The notes under the pieces: model-generated | What the model was told of the DNA's origin: nothing | The model's database searches: none | Seen by the model: the letters and a program-made list of their open reading frames with translations, nothing else | Shown: positions 11,626 through 25,200 of the stretch, in pieces | Position numbering within the stretch: position 1 is the stretch's first letter | Layout of the letters: each line of letters starts with the position of its first letter | Position numbers and translations under genes: made by a program | Assembly (NCBI GenBank): GCA_965153455.1 | Contig: OZ234493.1 | Coordinates: 6,748,213-6,812,212, forward strand | DNA: 64,000 nt | Direction: 5' to 3' | Source: Sphagnum compactum | Lineage: Eukaryota

Positions 11626-14600
11626 GATGAGCCTGATAGTGTAAAATAGATACACCTGAGTACTAGCATCCAAATCATTTGACCACATGTACAATTCTTG
11701 TTAGACCAATTCACTGTTGGCTGCCAACCTGCTTGAACCTGGCCATTGTATGGACAACTGACCTTTCTCCTGTTTTGTCCCTTATGTCGTTACTGCAGTT
11801 GATCCCCATGAATTGTGAATTGGTAGTTCGGGCAAAGTATCTTGGCATTTGTTGGAGCTTTGTTATCACTTGAGCTATGGTGAGGGCATCTTCAAGCTTT
11901 ATTTCAACTTTGTTCAAAAGCTGTGACCAGAAAGCCTGGTAGGTTTTGCTGCATCTAGGAGGTTCATTTATAGACTGTGCCACTCTTTTCATGTCACTGC
12001 CATGTGGCACAAAATAACCCCAGGAAGTGTTTGACCCCTTACTATTGATGAGATTTACACTTTCATCTCTGTAATTTATTTTGCCAGGTTTTTGTAATTT
12101 CTTGTGTTGTCTGCAATCTACTCATCTGCTCCAATGTCTGCTTTCACTGCTCTCTTTTTCATGCAAGATGTCAAAACCTCGTTTAACTCCACAGTTTCCA
12201 GTTCACATCCAGAGAGCAGAAACAACAAAATGCATGTCTGCCTGTTTTTGTGTGGAGGAAGCACTGTGCAGTCTTGAAAAGATCAGTTAATGGTCTTGTT
12301 CTAAAAGTTATTTGGTCCGCCTGTTTCCCAGTTTCAGTTCTCTCTGTCCTTGTTTTATCTTATTTTTCACATTTTATTGTTTCTTCTTTGATCTTACTTC
12401 TCTTTTTAGTTTTACTTGGAGATTTTGTTCCAATTTTTGTTTGGCTTGCTAACAAGCCTCATCGTGGAATCTTCCATCACATTTCAGATTTGTGAAAACA
12501 AACTCAGTACTTAGGTTGTTGTTTGATGTGGGCCTCCTGTACTTGATAATTAAGAAACAAAGTCAGAAATGGATGTTCAGGTAATCATTTTACTACATTT
12601 ATACCTAGCGATTGGTGGTAACTAGACAGTGAAGAGATTGTTGCTCTTTTGTCAAACTGTACCTATTCCGGTTGCCTCATATTAGTCAATGTTTATCTTT
12701 TAGTCTTTCTGCAGTTTGTTGTCAAGGTCTCTACTTGTTTGGTCTAGAAATCTGGAAAGGTCTGCTTGCAAGTTCACACCTCAGCAGGTGTCCCTTACCA
12801 TGGTAAACACTAAAAAGCCATATGTTTTGGTGTTTTGCCTATGCTTGTCAGTAGCTTTGTACTTTAGTCCAGAAATTTCTTGCTTCCTACACAGCTTGTC
12901 AAGCATCCTAAATGCATTCCACACAAACTCTGCATTCTGAAAGGGAATGCGTCACACCTAGTCAAAAGCTCAGAGCCTGGTTTGTGAATTTGGAACAGAT
13001 ATACCTGTTTGTAGGTTGTAGATCGTAAGACTTGTGGGCTTCTGCTGAGGTGGTCAATACAAGTGCCAGCATCCAGCAAACAGCTCAAACATTCGCAACA
13101 TAGCATTGTTGTTGCGTACAAACAGAATAACCACTGCATGCGCACCCTTGATGTTGTTGGCCAGGCACCTTCGCACAGTCAGGATCTTCACAATCAAGTG
13201 CTTGTGTAAGACGTGAGGTATCCAAATAGACAGAGAGAATAAGGCTAGGATACCTTCCCTGTTGCAATCAGATGAAACTGGTGACTACTCAAATAGGCTA
13301 AGAAAAATCAAGTCTCTGCCTCAATCATTAGAAGCCAAGGCCATGGCTTAGGCTCGGTGACAGTAGATATCTGCACTTCAGCATGAAGGTGGAGGATAAA
13401 TTTCTTTGTTGTGAAGCTCTTTATCTCCTACATGTGGCAGGAAATGTTTTCATACACTGACTACTCAGTAGAATCTGGTAGCCTCTACATTGCTTATCAG
13501 AATGAATTTGCAAAGAGTTCCTACTTTCAAGCATCAGTTCAAGAATCCCTGGTTGATTTTTTCATCGATTGACTGAATTTCTTCGCTAGTGTCATCTAGG
13601 TCAATTTCATCCTTGCTGCAAAGTGGCTGTTAACTCAACACCCTTGATGTATGCATATCACTGAGCAACTCCTGAATTGTTTTGCACTTGGGAAAGATAA
13701 TATGGTCAAGAAGTTCATTTGTAGGTCTTTTGTACACATCATCAAGCAGGCAATTACTCTCAAAATGCATGGAACACCATGAATGTGTTGTTTGAAATAC
13801 CTGGTGTTGTTGCAGGAACCAGAAAAACATGCATACCATTTCATTACAGAAACCCTGAGCCATGGACTGATGAAGATGTGGTCTTTTGACCAATCATCCT
13901 GGAGCTGCAACTATTTGAGTAAGATCCCAACAACTTCCAGTGTCTGAGCTATGATCTGATGTGTCTTCAACCTGTAACTAAAGGCTCATGGTGCAATGAC
14001 CATGGTAGCTCGAAGAAAGTCCAATTCAAGTAGCTGGACTGCAATTTTTTACCAATGTTGCATCATGCATGCTATTATCATGATATCAATCCAAACCTGG
14101 TCAACATCCCTTCGCTGGATGGTCACACTGACAGAGGTTCAGAAAGATTTCACGCATTTCTGTTATCTCAACCTTAAGGCCAATCTTGATGGTTGGGTGT
14201 GCTGGAAAACTTATCACCTCCATTACAATATGTGAAGGCCTCGAGGCTTACTATAGTGCTATTCAGAATAAAGACAGATGTTGATGCGCTTCAAACCTGT
14301 AGAATCAGTTTTGTGTCCCTACAACCAATTTCTCCAATCCCCTGATCCCAAACAACTTCAATGCAAGCACCATTAGTTGGCAGCAATACAGGATGACCAT
14401 GTTTTCTATGAAGCAATGGAAGAAGCATGACAATACTGGCAGGCATCTACTACAGACAAGCAGAGCAGGTGTGCATAGCTTGCACCTCCCTGCAACTTTC
14501 CATATCCAACTGAGTTCCACCACTGTCTCCCTTTCACAATGTTAAAGCAAAATATCTGAGAAGACATCAGATTCATGATGCAGCTTACACACTGTACCTT

Positions 14601-16303
14601 TGTGAAATCTGCATCAAGATTCAGACAGAGGTCTGTGTGAGGATATAAAGCAGGGAGACAAATTTCTTCACAATTGTTGTGGAAGGTAACATGAAAACAG
14701 TGGTGTGTGTGTTGCTTACTAGTAACATTCCCATTTGTGCTGAACAGAATGAGGGAGCTGGAAGCTGGAAGATGACCACTAGAGTTTATGACCTTCTATA
14801 GATTCAGAAGGGTGGCAGATTTTCTCACATACACCCAAATATGAACCCTAAGATTGGAGCTTAGTGGTGTTGAGGCATGTGCCCAGCCATGACCACCTTG
14901 CAATTGAATAATTTACTGATGCTTTGGACAATAGCTTCTATTGATTTCTGATTTCCCAGGGTTGCTTCTTCCAGCTAAAGTGAAGATTTCTCCAGCCTGA
15001 GGGTTTGAGAACAAGCAGTGAAAGTTCTCATTTTCAGGCCTAAATCTGTTGGAAAACAATGAAGAAAGATGTGAAAACTCAGGACGAGCCTAACTGTGAA
15101 AGTTGCATTTGGTGTAAGGGTGTAATTTGAAGATGGCAGAGTGACTGAGTGGTAGATCATTTAGAGAAAACATCAGCAACCACTTTCATAAATTGTTCCC
15201 CTGGATTCTAGATTCATTCTCATAAGTGCACATTTCAAGGAGAGAGAATAGGAAGAATGCGGGAAAACACAATCAATGCCAACAAAACCTAGGCCGATGG
15301 AGGAAGGGAAAGAAAGGAAATGACAGGACAACACACTGCACCGAGTTTCAGAGGCCCTTGTATGTGTGATGGGTTGAGGGATAATTTACTAGTATATGCG
15401 TCTATGTACTTTGAAAAATTATCAATTAGTGTAAGGGTAGAGGTAAATGACCAACATAATATGGGCACAAGGCAAACCTTTACCCTTTCCTCTGCATTTT
15501 TTCTTTGGATATAACAGCATGAATTTCAAAGTTTTGCATGTATATGTCACTTCTAAACTAGAATACCACCACAAACAATATTTGTAAGTTGTTCATGCCT
15601 GCATTGACACCCTTCCATCCCACCTTTTCCTGTTAAATGTTCAATTGATTAGTGTGTGATTAAATTGAGCCATCCTACACCACGCATACCTATCACCTTC
15701 AAGAGACTTTAGTCAAAGTACTTTGCAATGTGAAGTTCTTAGGGATGAGAAACCAATTTTTCATGGGAGTGAAGATAACAAATTACCATGATTGTTCCAA
15801 AAGAACACCACAGATCCCATCCACATTTCAGACAGACTAGAGGAACCACAGAACCTCAGGGAGCTGAAGAGTCAATAATTGGAAAGTGTTTGTTAATTTA
15901 CGTACCTTAGGACCCTGATGACAACAAGATTTTTTCAAGGCTCATCCAGATAGAATTCTATAACTTAAAATTAGAAAGCCTTTGAGCCTAACCTAGCACA
16001 CCCCGTTTTCATTGACCCCTCACCAGAAGAGGCCAAAGTAGACACATGTTGTCAAGACCACCACTCCTGTGGAAAGTACATTGCCTCCAAGCAGTGCATA
16101 CCTGCAGCCTGTAGAATCACCCAGGGGGAGTTCCTCATAAACAACTGCATGGGTGACTACATTTATCGTGGAATATTTTTGAGCTACTTCAGCAGAGCTT
16201 ATATTACACTACTTTCTAGACTACAAAAGTGAGGTTCATGAAAACTATGACAGAGACAAAGAGACACTCACTGCACCAACCATCCTTTGTGACAACAAGA
16301 AGG

Positions 16304-18505
16304 TTAATCCAGCCAAAACAATTGAAAGCACAATTTTGGCAGCACATCAGGACCACAATAATAATCTATCTGTGTTCCGATGGGATTTTGGGATGATCGA
16401 AGACCATGGGATCCACGAAAGCCACTTGGAAGAAGACTCAAATGGTGATGGATTAACAACAGGGGCTGCATTATGAAGATTTTTGCATGGTAATTAGATG
16501 GGGATGCTGATAAACTAAGGCTTCTCAGACCCAAATTCTTGGATCACCCTACCATGGTTGGGAGGAGGGATAAACAACTCCAGGGGGAGAGGACTATAGA
16601 ATTGTTGGACTAGTTATACCTGTGCTGGGCGTAGTTGCATTTTGGTTTGATGCTGGTGTTCCTGGTGACCCAGGTGATCCTGATGAGGGAGGTGTGAATC
16701 CTGGAATAGTAATCCCTAAATTCTCACAGCTCCCTTCGAGTTCACCTGCATGCTTGAACCAGTAATTCCAAAACTCAGCCCTCAACTCCTGGAAAATAGC
16801 TAGTTCAGCCCAGCACCATTGGGAGAGCATTCACTATGTTGAAAGTATCGGTAGAATTGTCACATAAAACCATGCCCACATTTTCCTGATGAAGATGGAT
16901 ATGAACTTGAGCTGAAAGGTATAGGAACATACATTCATTTACACAGAATCCCGCGGTTAAGTTGAGGACATTTTCATATCCAGGGTCACAAATACACTTG
17001 AAGGTTGGAATTAGGAAGGATGTATTTGTTATGACACACTGTCCCCTTCCACAAATCCCGGGCAAGATACAAGCTGCCAAAAATCTCCAGGCATATAAGA
17101 TAGCCAAAGCCCAATTTGCAGCAGACTACCACCAAGGAGTCCATAATTCAAGTCAAATTGAGATTTTGACAATACAACATCTCTCTGACTGTCAGAAAGG
17201 ATACCTCTTCCCATTCAGTAGGAGTTTAAGCTTAGGTTATCTAGAAGATGGGCTTGTCATTTATGGAATCAAATGTAACTAAACTTATTTCTGAAGACAT
17301 ACCATTGGAGGAAGCTGGAGGTGGTGCAGGGGTTTGAGGAGATGGAGCTGGAGACGGATGACTCCCAGAGCAATTGAAATTTAGTGTGCCTACAAAAGTC
17401 ACTCATTCAATAAACCTCCCTGTACGCAGTAGTTCAAGGTATAAATTCCTGAAAAACATGTGGGACCCTAAATCCCTGTACTAAGGATCATTGCAAGCAT
17501 CTTGGATTCCTTTAGATGACAACTCTGCTATGCGAAACAGTGAAAGCAAAGATGGAAGGTCTGGTAAGTCTCAACCGACATAAGTTGTAAACTGCTACTA
17601 TGAGCATCAATTGAAGCATGTGTTACTAAAAGGACAAAGCTAACCCATTGACAAGGCAGAACAAAAATCAGCAGTTGAAGGAAGTGACGAAAAAATTCCC
17701 TATGGGGGTGTGGAGCAAATACAGTTTGGGATGTTGCATGGAAGTGTTGATGTTGTAAGAAATGGGAGGAAAGACTGAAAAGTAGTCCAACCCGGATCAC
17801 AATCACAGTGATATGGAAAGAGCAAGTCATTCAAGAAGTTGTTACTGTTAGCAACACATGTCCCCTTTTGGCAATCCGCATCTTTGCATACTGTATCATT
17901 ATCTCCTGCTACAAAATGTTGGGTCATAAGAGCACCACTGTCACATATATATGGCAACACTTCACTTCATCTAAAACTTCACTGTGAACATGAAAGAAAC
18001 TCCTAGTTTTCAAGAGTGTGATAATGTGCATGTTGTTTGCAACTATTGTGATAATCAAGCTACTTGAATTATGTAGCCACTATACCATGCACATTGTAAA
18101 AGAAAACCAGAGTACATGGCAATAACAACAACAAAGCTCCCTGAAAAATGGGGAACATTCTGAGTCTTATACTGAAGGTAAATTACAAAAATGGTCCAGG
18201 ATAGAAATGCCTTATCCTCGCATCAGGAGGCATTGTGATTTCATCATTGTCATAAGGAAACAAATACTATTGAGGGAAGGGAATATGACATAAGAGTTAC
18301 CCTACACATTGACAAAGATCTCAGTTGGATCCATTGAAAAACTGATCCAGAAGTTACATGAAATCACAGGGATAGTAATAAAGAGAATACCTGCAGCCAA
18401 GCTTGGAAGTGGAGGCAGCCCAACAGCAAAGGCCTTTGTTGGAGTTAGAACCACCACAGATAAGGTAACAACTGCCATCAAAATGCATGAGCAAAACAGC
18501 TTCAT
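16304..18505 (-). CDS. Secreted or cell-surface protein with two EGF-like Cys-rich modules and Pro/Ser linkers (notch-like plant family). About 6 exons; last exon uncertain
   Basis: Signal peptide MKLFCSCILMAVVTLSVVVLTPTKAFA. Exons encode VCKDADCQKGTC...YHCDCDPGW...LPCNIPNC, TLNFNCSG...PAPPP, ICGRGQC...FKCICDPGY...FCVNEC and GSCENLGI. Boundaries are GT-AG. Confidence 0.8.
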
Positions 18506-19673
18506 TGTATCGACTTGGAGGACCTAAAAACCACACAATCGAATTGATCATTGTCCTTGAAGCACAATCTAAAGTCATTCACGAATGATTCCCAACCCAA
18601 AGGAATAACACGAAATCCAAGCTCACATATGTTTTGCTTCCCAATTCATTTTTTTGGTTCCGAACTCCAGTGCAATTTTATTGCTGGAGTTTGGATATAC
18701 TGGACTGTAATCAAAGTGTTGTTATTGGAAGCTCTCCAATAATTCCAAGTCCTTTGCTTCCATGATTTGGGTTCGTAACCAAATTTGCCCCAGCTTTAAC
18801 CTTCTTCTCAGTTGTTGAGAGAAGAAACACACAAAACAAGATTTCACAGCAGCAGCAGCAGATAACGAAATTTCACTCTTACAAAAATTGTACAACACTT
18901 TTTGCTGAGATCGCCTGATGATCAAAAAGATATTCCTTCCGTGAGCAAAAAAAAGACCCGCCTCGTTCATTACCCAAGCACACAAGGAACCCCTTTTTTC
19001 TTCCCCCCACCTCGTTCTCACAGCTTACAATTCAAGCTCTCTGTAGTCATGCAAAATCAGAGAGCACCCCTACACTCCCCTGCAAAGATGTTAGTTTGAA
19101 TACAAAAGAAAGAGAAAAAAAAAAGCTTCTACCTAGGCATGTGAAACGCGCTCAAAGTTCTTCACATTTTCTGCACCTTTGTTTATTTCCCATTTTAGCA
19201 CTGAGTGTTCTTCCCTTTGCTTCCTAAACCCTTCTCTCGCACACCTCCATTCGATCAGACACCGATCAGAGGAGAAGTCCACAAGAAACAGACGTCATTT
19301 ATTACAATAAATGACTAGCAACAAACAACTAGGCCACGTTCAGCAGCAGCGCTGCTTTCAGTTAACTAGGAGGCACACACAAGTGTGAAAGAAACTAGTG
19401 TTGGTCTTGTATTCACTTTTGATGAACAACACACCAGCCTCGTCCTGGACATGAACCAGCAGCACCTCCTACACTTGTACCTTAACCTTCTTGAGCAAGG
19501 CCTCTTAGGAGAACCCCAAGCAGGGGAGGGGAAAACAGACCCCTTTTCACGGTGTAACCTAGTCTCAAGCTCTTGTTAGAGATCTCCAGTAAGGACGACT
19601 GACTTGGGCTCGCCAGTGTCCAGAAGCTCTGGAAATATCACAGAGCTTCATCCTCAGCCAGTACGCATAAGGT

Positions 19674-19786
19674 AAGGTCCTTTCGTTTTTAGGTCCTTTC
19701 GGGAAGTAAGGTGCCTTGGCATGAGGCCGGTAGGCCGCCGAGGGTTGCGCCGCACTTCCTGAAAGTACCTTAAAAAAAGAAACCTT
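19674..19786. repeat. Imperfect inverted repeat, ~33-bp arms around a GC-rich loop
   Basis: AAGGTCCTTTCGTTTTTAGGTCCTTTCGGGAAGT (19674-19707) pairs with ACTTCCTGAAAGTACCTTAAAAAAAGAAACCTT (19754-19786). Confidence 0.7.
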
Positions 19787-19957
19787 TCCTCTGACGTATA
19801 GTACCAGATAGTTTTTCCCATATTTCTTTTATGCTCTTTCTTTCCCTGTTTAGGTTTCTTTTAGCTCGTCCTCTGTATTAATTATCTCGTTCAGCTCTGC
19901 TGTCTGTTTGCCTTATTGCTCTCAGTCTTGGGCAGAGTTTTGTTTTCACATTTCTGG

Positions 19958-20268
19958 TTAAGAGTACTCTCAGTTGTGCCTGAGGAGGCGCAAAAATCTA
20001 CACAAAGAACAAATCTCTATGGGGACTTTACAACTTATGCTCACGTACTTTATGGGTTTCGAGTTTACTCCATTAAGAGTACTCTCAGTTGTGCCTGAGG
20101 AGGCTCAAAAATCTACACAAAGAACAAATCTCTATAGGGACTTTACAACTTATGTTATGCTCACGTACTTTATGGGTTTCGAGTTTACTCCATTAAGAGT
20201 ACTCTCAGTTGTGCCTGAGGAGGTGCAAAAATCTACACAAAGAAAACATCTCTGTGGGGACTTTACAG
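19958..20268 (+). repeat. Tandem repeat, 115-120-bp unit, ~2.6 copies
   Basis: TTAAGAGTACTCTCAGTTGTGCCTGAGGAGG... starts at 19958, 20073 and 20193. Copies are nearly identical. Confidence 0.95.
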
Positions 20269-22207
20269 CCTCTTAAATCTAATAATTAATTGAGGAAATG
20301 TTGAATTTGGACTCCGAGATGCTGATTTAGTCTACCATTGTGAGATCAAGCATGTGTAGAAGCAACCCAAATTTAGTGATTGGGTGGGACCTTTTTGTGG
20401 ACGCCAAAGCAAGTGAAAGGTGTGTATGTCAACCACTTTGATATGAATTGCACTCCATGTATCTACTATGGTTTTGAATTGCAGGTAAGTAAGCCAACTG
20501 CTTCAACCCCTTGTGACTGTGTCCTCCTGGTTCATACCAGTGTTGTTGGGCAGGTAATCAGTAGTAGTAAGTGACAAAGTAGCACTATCAAGTGACGATG
20601 AAATAGAAGGAGCAAGTGACCAAGCATCAACTAGTGATGAAGCAACAATAACAAGTGTTGACGAAATAAAAACATGTGATGATGAAACAACAACAAATGA
20701 CAATGAAATAATAAATAAACAATGGTGAGATAGTAATAAAAAAATGACAATGAAACGATAACGAACGATGAGACAAAAGTAAATGAACAAACATTAGCAA
20801 ATGACAGAATAGTAATAAGCAATGAAACAACAACAAATAATGAATGAATAAGCAAAAGATTTGAGAGTGGGAAGCACATGATGCCAAGATAGATCCCTCC
20901 CATGTTATTTTATTTTATTTAAAAAATAACAATAATCTTGTTATGGCAGAGGCCTTAAGATCTCTGCAATAAACAAATATCAGACTCTTGTAAAATATCA
21001 ACGAATACTAAACCCTAAACCTCACATCATCACCCCTTCCATATCTGAGAGCTTAAACTAGAGCTTCCAAGTTCTAACTCTGGTGCCTTCTCTCTCCAGC
21101 CTTTTTTTTTTTCCCTGCACAATTTCGCATAATTTTTGACATTTCTAGTTGCAAATATTTTTTTTTCAAAAAACAAATTCGCCAAAATGCGAAAAGAATT
21201 AATTATTATTTTAAATCACCAGGTATCATCTGTTCCTCATGGTTTTTTTTTTTCAAAATTTGTGAGGTAAATTGGATTGGCTACCCTCTTCTGAAGGACT
21301 TAAGCCTTGTTTGGCTACAGGACAGAGAGAAAATAAGAATTTTTTTGGGAACCTCGCTAATTTGGCGAGTGACATCCTAAATAAAAAAGGAAAAAAAAAA
21401 AACATTGCTATCTATGATTCAAGTAGGTATCCAAAAACATATAAGGACGTTTAATTTCTTTCCTTTCATTTTTTGTTAATAGCCCAATTTGGCTAAATCT
21501 TCTTTTGGATGATCGCGACCTCGGCAAAAAACGCTGCTTCTCTCTCTTTCCTCACTGCTTTGCTCACTCTCTTCTTCAAGCCTCACTCCCTTGCGCACAC
21601 CGTCTTCTTCACTTTCTCTTCTAACTCTTGCCTTCGCTCTCTTTTGCACGCTGTTTTGCGCACTCTCTTCTTCTCTTTCAACCGCCAACGCTTTCCGTTG
21701 ACAGGAGTGCTGTCAGCGCTGCTATGGCTGGTCATGGCACAGTGGGAAAATCTGATTTCTGAGTGGTTTTTGTAGACTTTTTTTTTGTGTGTGTGGTGCG
21801 GGAGGCCGATTGTCTCGGGATTGTTTTTTTTCCCCGCCGTTTGTTTAGGGAACAGCTTTGAAGAGCTTTGTATGTGGTTGTGTTTTGTGAAAGTAGAAGC
21901 TTTTTTAGGCTTCCCTTGAAGGTCGGTGAGAGGTGTGTCTCTATGGTATTCTCCTTTCTTTCTGTTTTTTTTGAGTAGTCCACAATGCATCTACCCGCGG
22001 GGTCATTGGGTCTTTCTTGGTGGGGGGGAGGATGGGGAGCACCTAAGAGATTCTTGTGCACGTGTGTGTTGTGTATTCTGGTTCTGAATTTGGAGGGGTG
22101 GCAGATTTTGGAGGAGCTACGCAGATTGATTCGGAGTATAGTGCATTTTTGAAGGCATTTGGGGGAGTTAGATTTGGAGAAGAGTGAAGTTGACAGAAGA
22201 GAGAAAG

Positions 22208-25200
22208 ATGCCAACCATGAGTAGCAAGTTGTCAACAAGAGTGCTGGAGACTGACACCCCTGTCATGGTTGAGGTATATATTATTCGCTGCTGATTGCTG
22301 TTGGAAGAATGGTGGTGATCTTGGTAAACTCCTATGAATGGATGGAGCTTAGTCCCAAATATAAGACTAAGCTCCAGTATTGGCAACCTAAAGAATTCCT
22401 CCCAGTATTGGCACAAAGCTGTGGGATGGGATGTGGGGGCTGTTTCCAGACTTGATCATCAGCTTGATGCCAATTAATCATTTGATCATGGGGGAGGTCT
22501 GCTGCAAGGATGGGGCTGGCTTCCCTCTTTTATTTGTATTCCTCTGTTTCTCATATCTCTGTGTCTATGATCCTCTGGTGACCTAACTTCAACATTGTGA
22601 TTGTCTTCAGCCAACCTAGGACCCAATCCCAATCGAGTTTTCATGTACCCAACGTCACAAGGCTGACATTGAAATCCTGTTACTGAGGAGATAGCTCTCC
22701 CGACCCTAATTGTCATTCAAATCTTTGTACCACTATGTTTGAACTCCATTTTCTGTACATAAACCCAATGAAGCATGTCTGCACCATGGCTAAATTGACT
22801 CCTATTGGGATAACCCATAGTATTGACTCTGTTCAGGTGTATGTTTTATTGAGACTTGAACTAAGGTTTACTTGATGTGCTCAAAACCCCAAAAAATATA
22901 CAAAGTGAGAATGAAAAAACATTGAATTCAAAGTAGGGTTTGCACAGATTTTGTGTGTTGGTTTCTTGACAATGAAATTCTCTCCTTTCTACTTCTATTT
23001 GAGTAGGATAGATCTGTAATGTTCATGTTGGTATCACTTTGCAGATGCAAGCTTTGCTGCGAGGAAGAACAAATGTGCTTTCATTGGGTCAGGTGCAGTA
23101 CAGATCTTATGTCATAGTTAGTGCTCTCACATGTCAAGATGTTTTTTTGTTGTCTTTATTGTTACACCATTGTCTTTTCTTATCTGTATTGACCCTTGAT
23201 GCATTGAGCATTTTACAACAGTAAATGTAGCAGATTGATACTGTATACAGAGTATGAATATGCCTAGATTATGTAGGATTGTGTAAAAGCAAGAGAGGCA
23301 CTCGCAAATGTCTGAACCTCAGCAGTGGTCTATGACAGCAGCAGCAAATAATTTCGACTTGTCCAATGAACCTTTCAAAAGAAAATCCGTGATTTTAGAA
23401 CTCATTGTTGCAGTCAGTACCTGTTCTCCTTTTGGTTTGTTTGTTGAGGCTTCAGGGATGCTGATACACTGAATATGGGGAGGGAAGACAGGGAATAGTG
23501 TACTGGCAACCTCCAGAAGAAGCACTAGAAAAAGTGAGGGGCTTAATCGACGAGCCAGCAACAAGTAACTATGGTGCTGATGAAGGCCTACCCGAGCTTC
23601 GTGCTGCACTACTAGAAAAGGCATTTGTTATTGTGAAACACTGATCTTTGGTGAAACTCTGTAAATGATCATTGCTTGTTATGACTTTGTGTGTTCCTCA
23701 TTTGAGTTTGTCTATGACAAATTTTTAAGGTTGGTAGGCAATGATGAGGAAGTCAATAGACCAAGGGTGAGTATCACAAGTTGCCTTGATAGAGGTTGTG
23801 AGTTTCAAGTTTGGTAGGTGTGTCTTATCAACTATTCTACAATTGGGGTGGCTATGAAAATCTTTTCTTGTAGAGGACAAAAGCCTATGAGATGTTAAGC
23901 ATCACAAGAGACTTGGCCAAGAACAATGCCCCAGAAGTGTCCATCTCCAACAAGGAGATATGGGTGCAGGGACATTAAGTCAGGCTTGTCTGCAAACAGT
24001 TCAATTCTTATTGAATTCTATGGTGGCTCAACTGAGAATTGAGATTTGTGGGCCTCCTGATTTGACAGCTAAAGCAGGAGAATAAGCTTACAAAATCATC
24101 AGTGATGGTCACTGCTGGTGCCAACCAGGTCAGGAAACCTCTTTTACTCTCTTCCAACTTGAATTACTGATAGTATGTTGTAGGAGGTTTTGTCATCCGT
24201 ATCTACAGGCCTTGAGTTTTCATATTCCCTAAGGGGCTTGGTCATTAGCTTATTTCATCATACATGGATACTAAGTGAGATGATTTAGTTGAAATGTTCT
24301 TTGACCTTCCCTGGCACTTTCAGAATGAAGATTGCAAAGATATAGATACAAAGATTCAGTGGCATAGTTGTGATATGTGCCAATTACACTCGCCGATTCT
24401 CTTGGATAGTGATTAGCTTTCTATTGCAGCCTTGAAATTGAGAATTCAGCTTCTCTGAACTTTATAGTTTCCAGCTAGGAGGAGAACTCTGAATGATGTT
24501 GACATGCATAACTATGGGCTGGCTATTGTTCTGATTACAGTGTGGATGTTGCAGGCATATGTGAACCTGGTCCTTACACTGTGTGACCCAGGAGATTCAG
24601 TGGTTATGTTTGTGCCTTACTATTTCAATGCATACATGGCCTTCCAAATGACAGGCATTACTGATATAGTCCTTGGCCACAGCAATCCTAATACTATTCA
24701 TCCAGATGCAGGTTCTCCCTTTCTAATATCAGGATGCATAGCATTTATAGGCCATGTGATTGTTGGCTTTTGATCTGATATTGCAAAATATCTGAAATGC
24801 CTCCAGACAAGATTGGGGTTTTTGGTTGCAACCTTGCACTTTAGTTCTGCAAGTTCTCATTTCCAAGCTCTTGCTTTCTTTTCTCTCAACTTATTCATGG
24901 AGTCTCTATTGTGGTTTTTGTGTTATATTTACTGTGCCCCTCTTCCATTAGCCACTGGAATCAGCTCATCTTTTCTGTCAACAGGTCTTCATTTGTTTTC
25001 TGTCGCCTGTTGTTTGTGGTTTAATTTTTTGTGTTGGTTTATTGGAATTTGGCAACGCACTACTCAGATTGGCTGGAAAAGGTGTTGAAAGCAACAGATG
25101 GAAAACCTGTCCCAAAGTTGGTGACTGTTGTAAATCCTGGCAACCCAACAGGGACTTATGTACCTGAGCTGCTTCTGCAGGTATTTCTTTTTTGATGAAA

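Noticed and set aside
13085-13267. Small Cys-rich secreted peptide (DCEDPDC...CACSGYSVC...C)
   Set aside because: There is no ATG or clear signal peptide, and an overlapping frame is equally open, so it cannot be supported.
19958-20268. CRISPR-like array
   Set aside because: The units are contiguous with no unique spacers, there are no cas genes, and the context is eukaryotic.
20560-20900. Acidic Asp/Glu/Thr-rich coding segment
   Set aside because: Frequent stops and degenerate short repeats; probably a decayed repeat, with no family identifiable.
21110-21530. MITE-like AT-rich repeat upstream of ISS1 (also 1625-1700)
   Set aside because: It looks repetitive, but I could not define TIRs or a TSD from this window alone.
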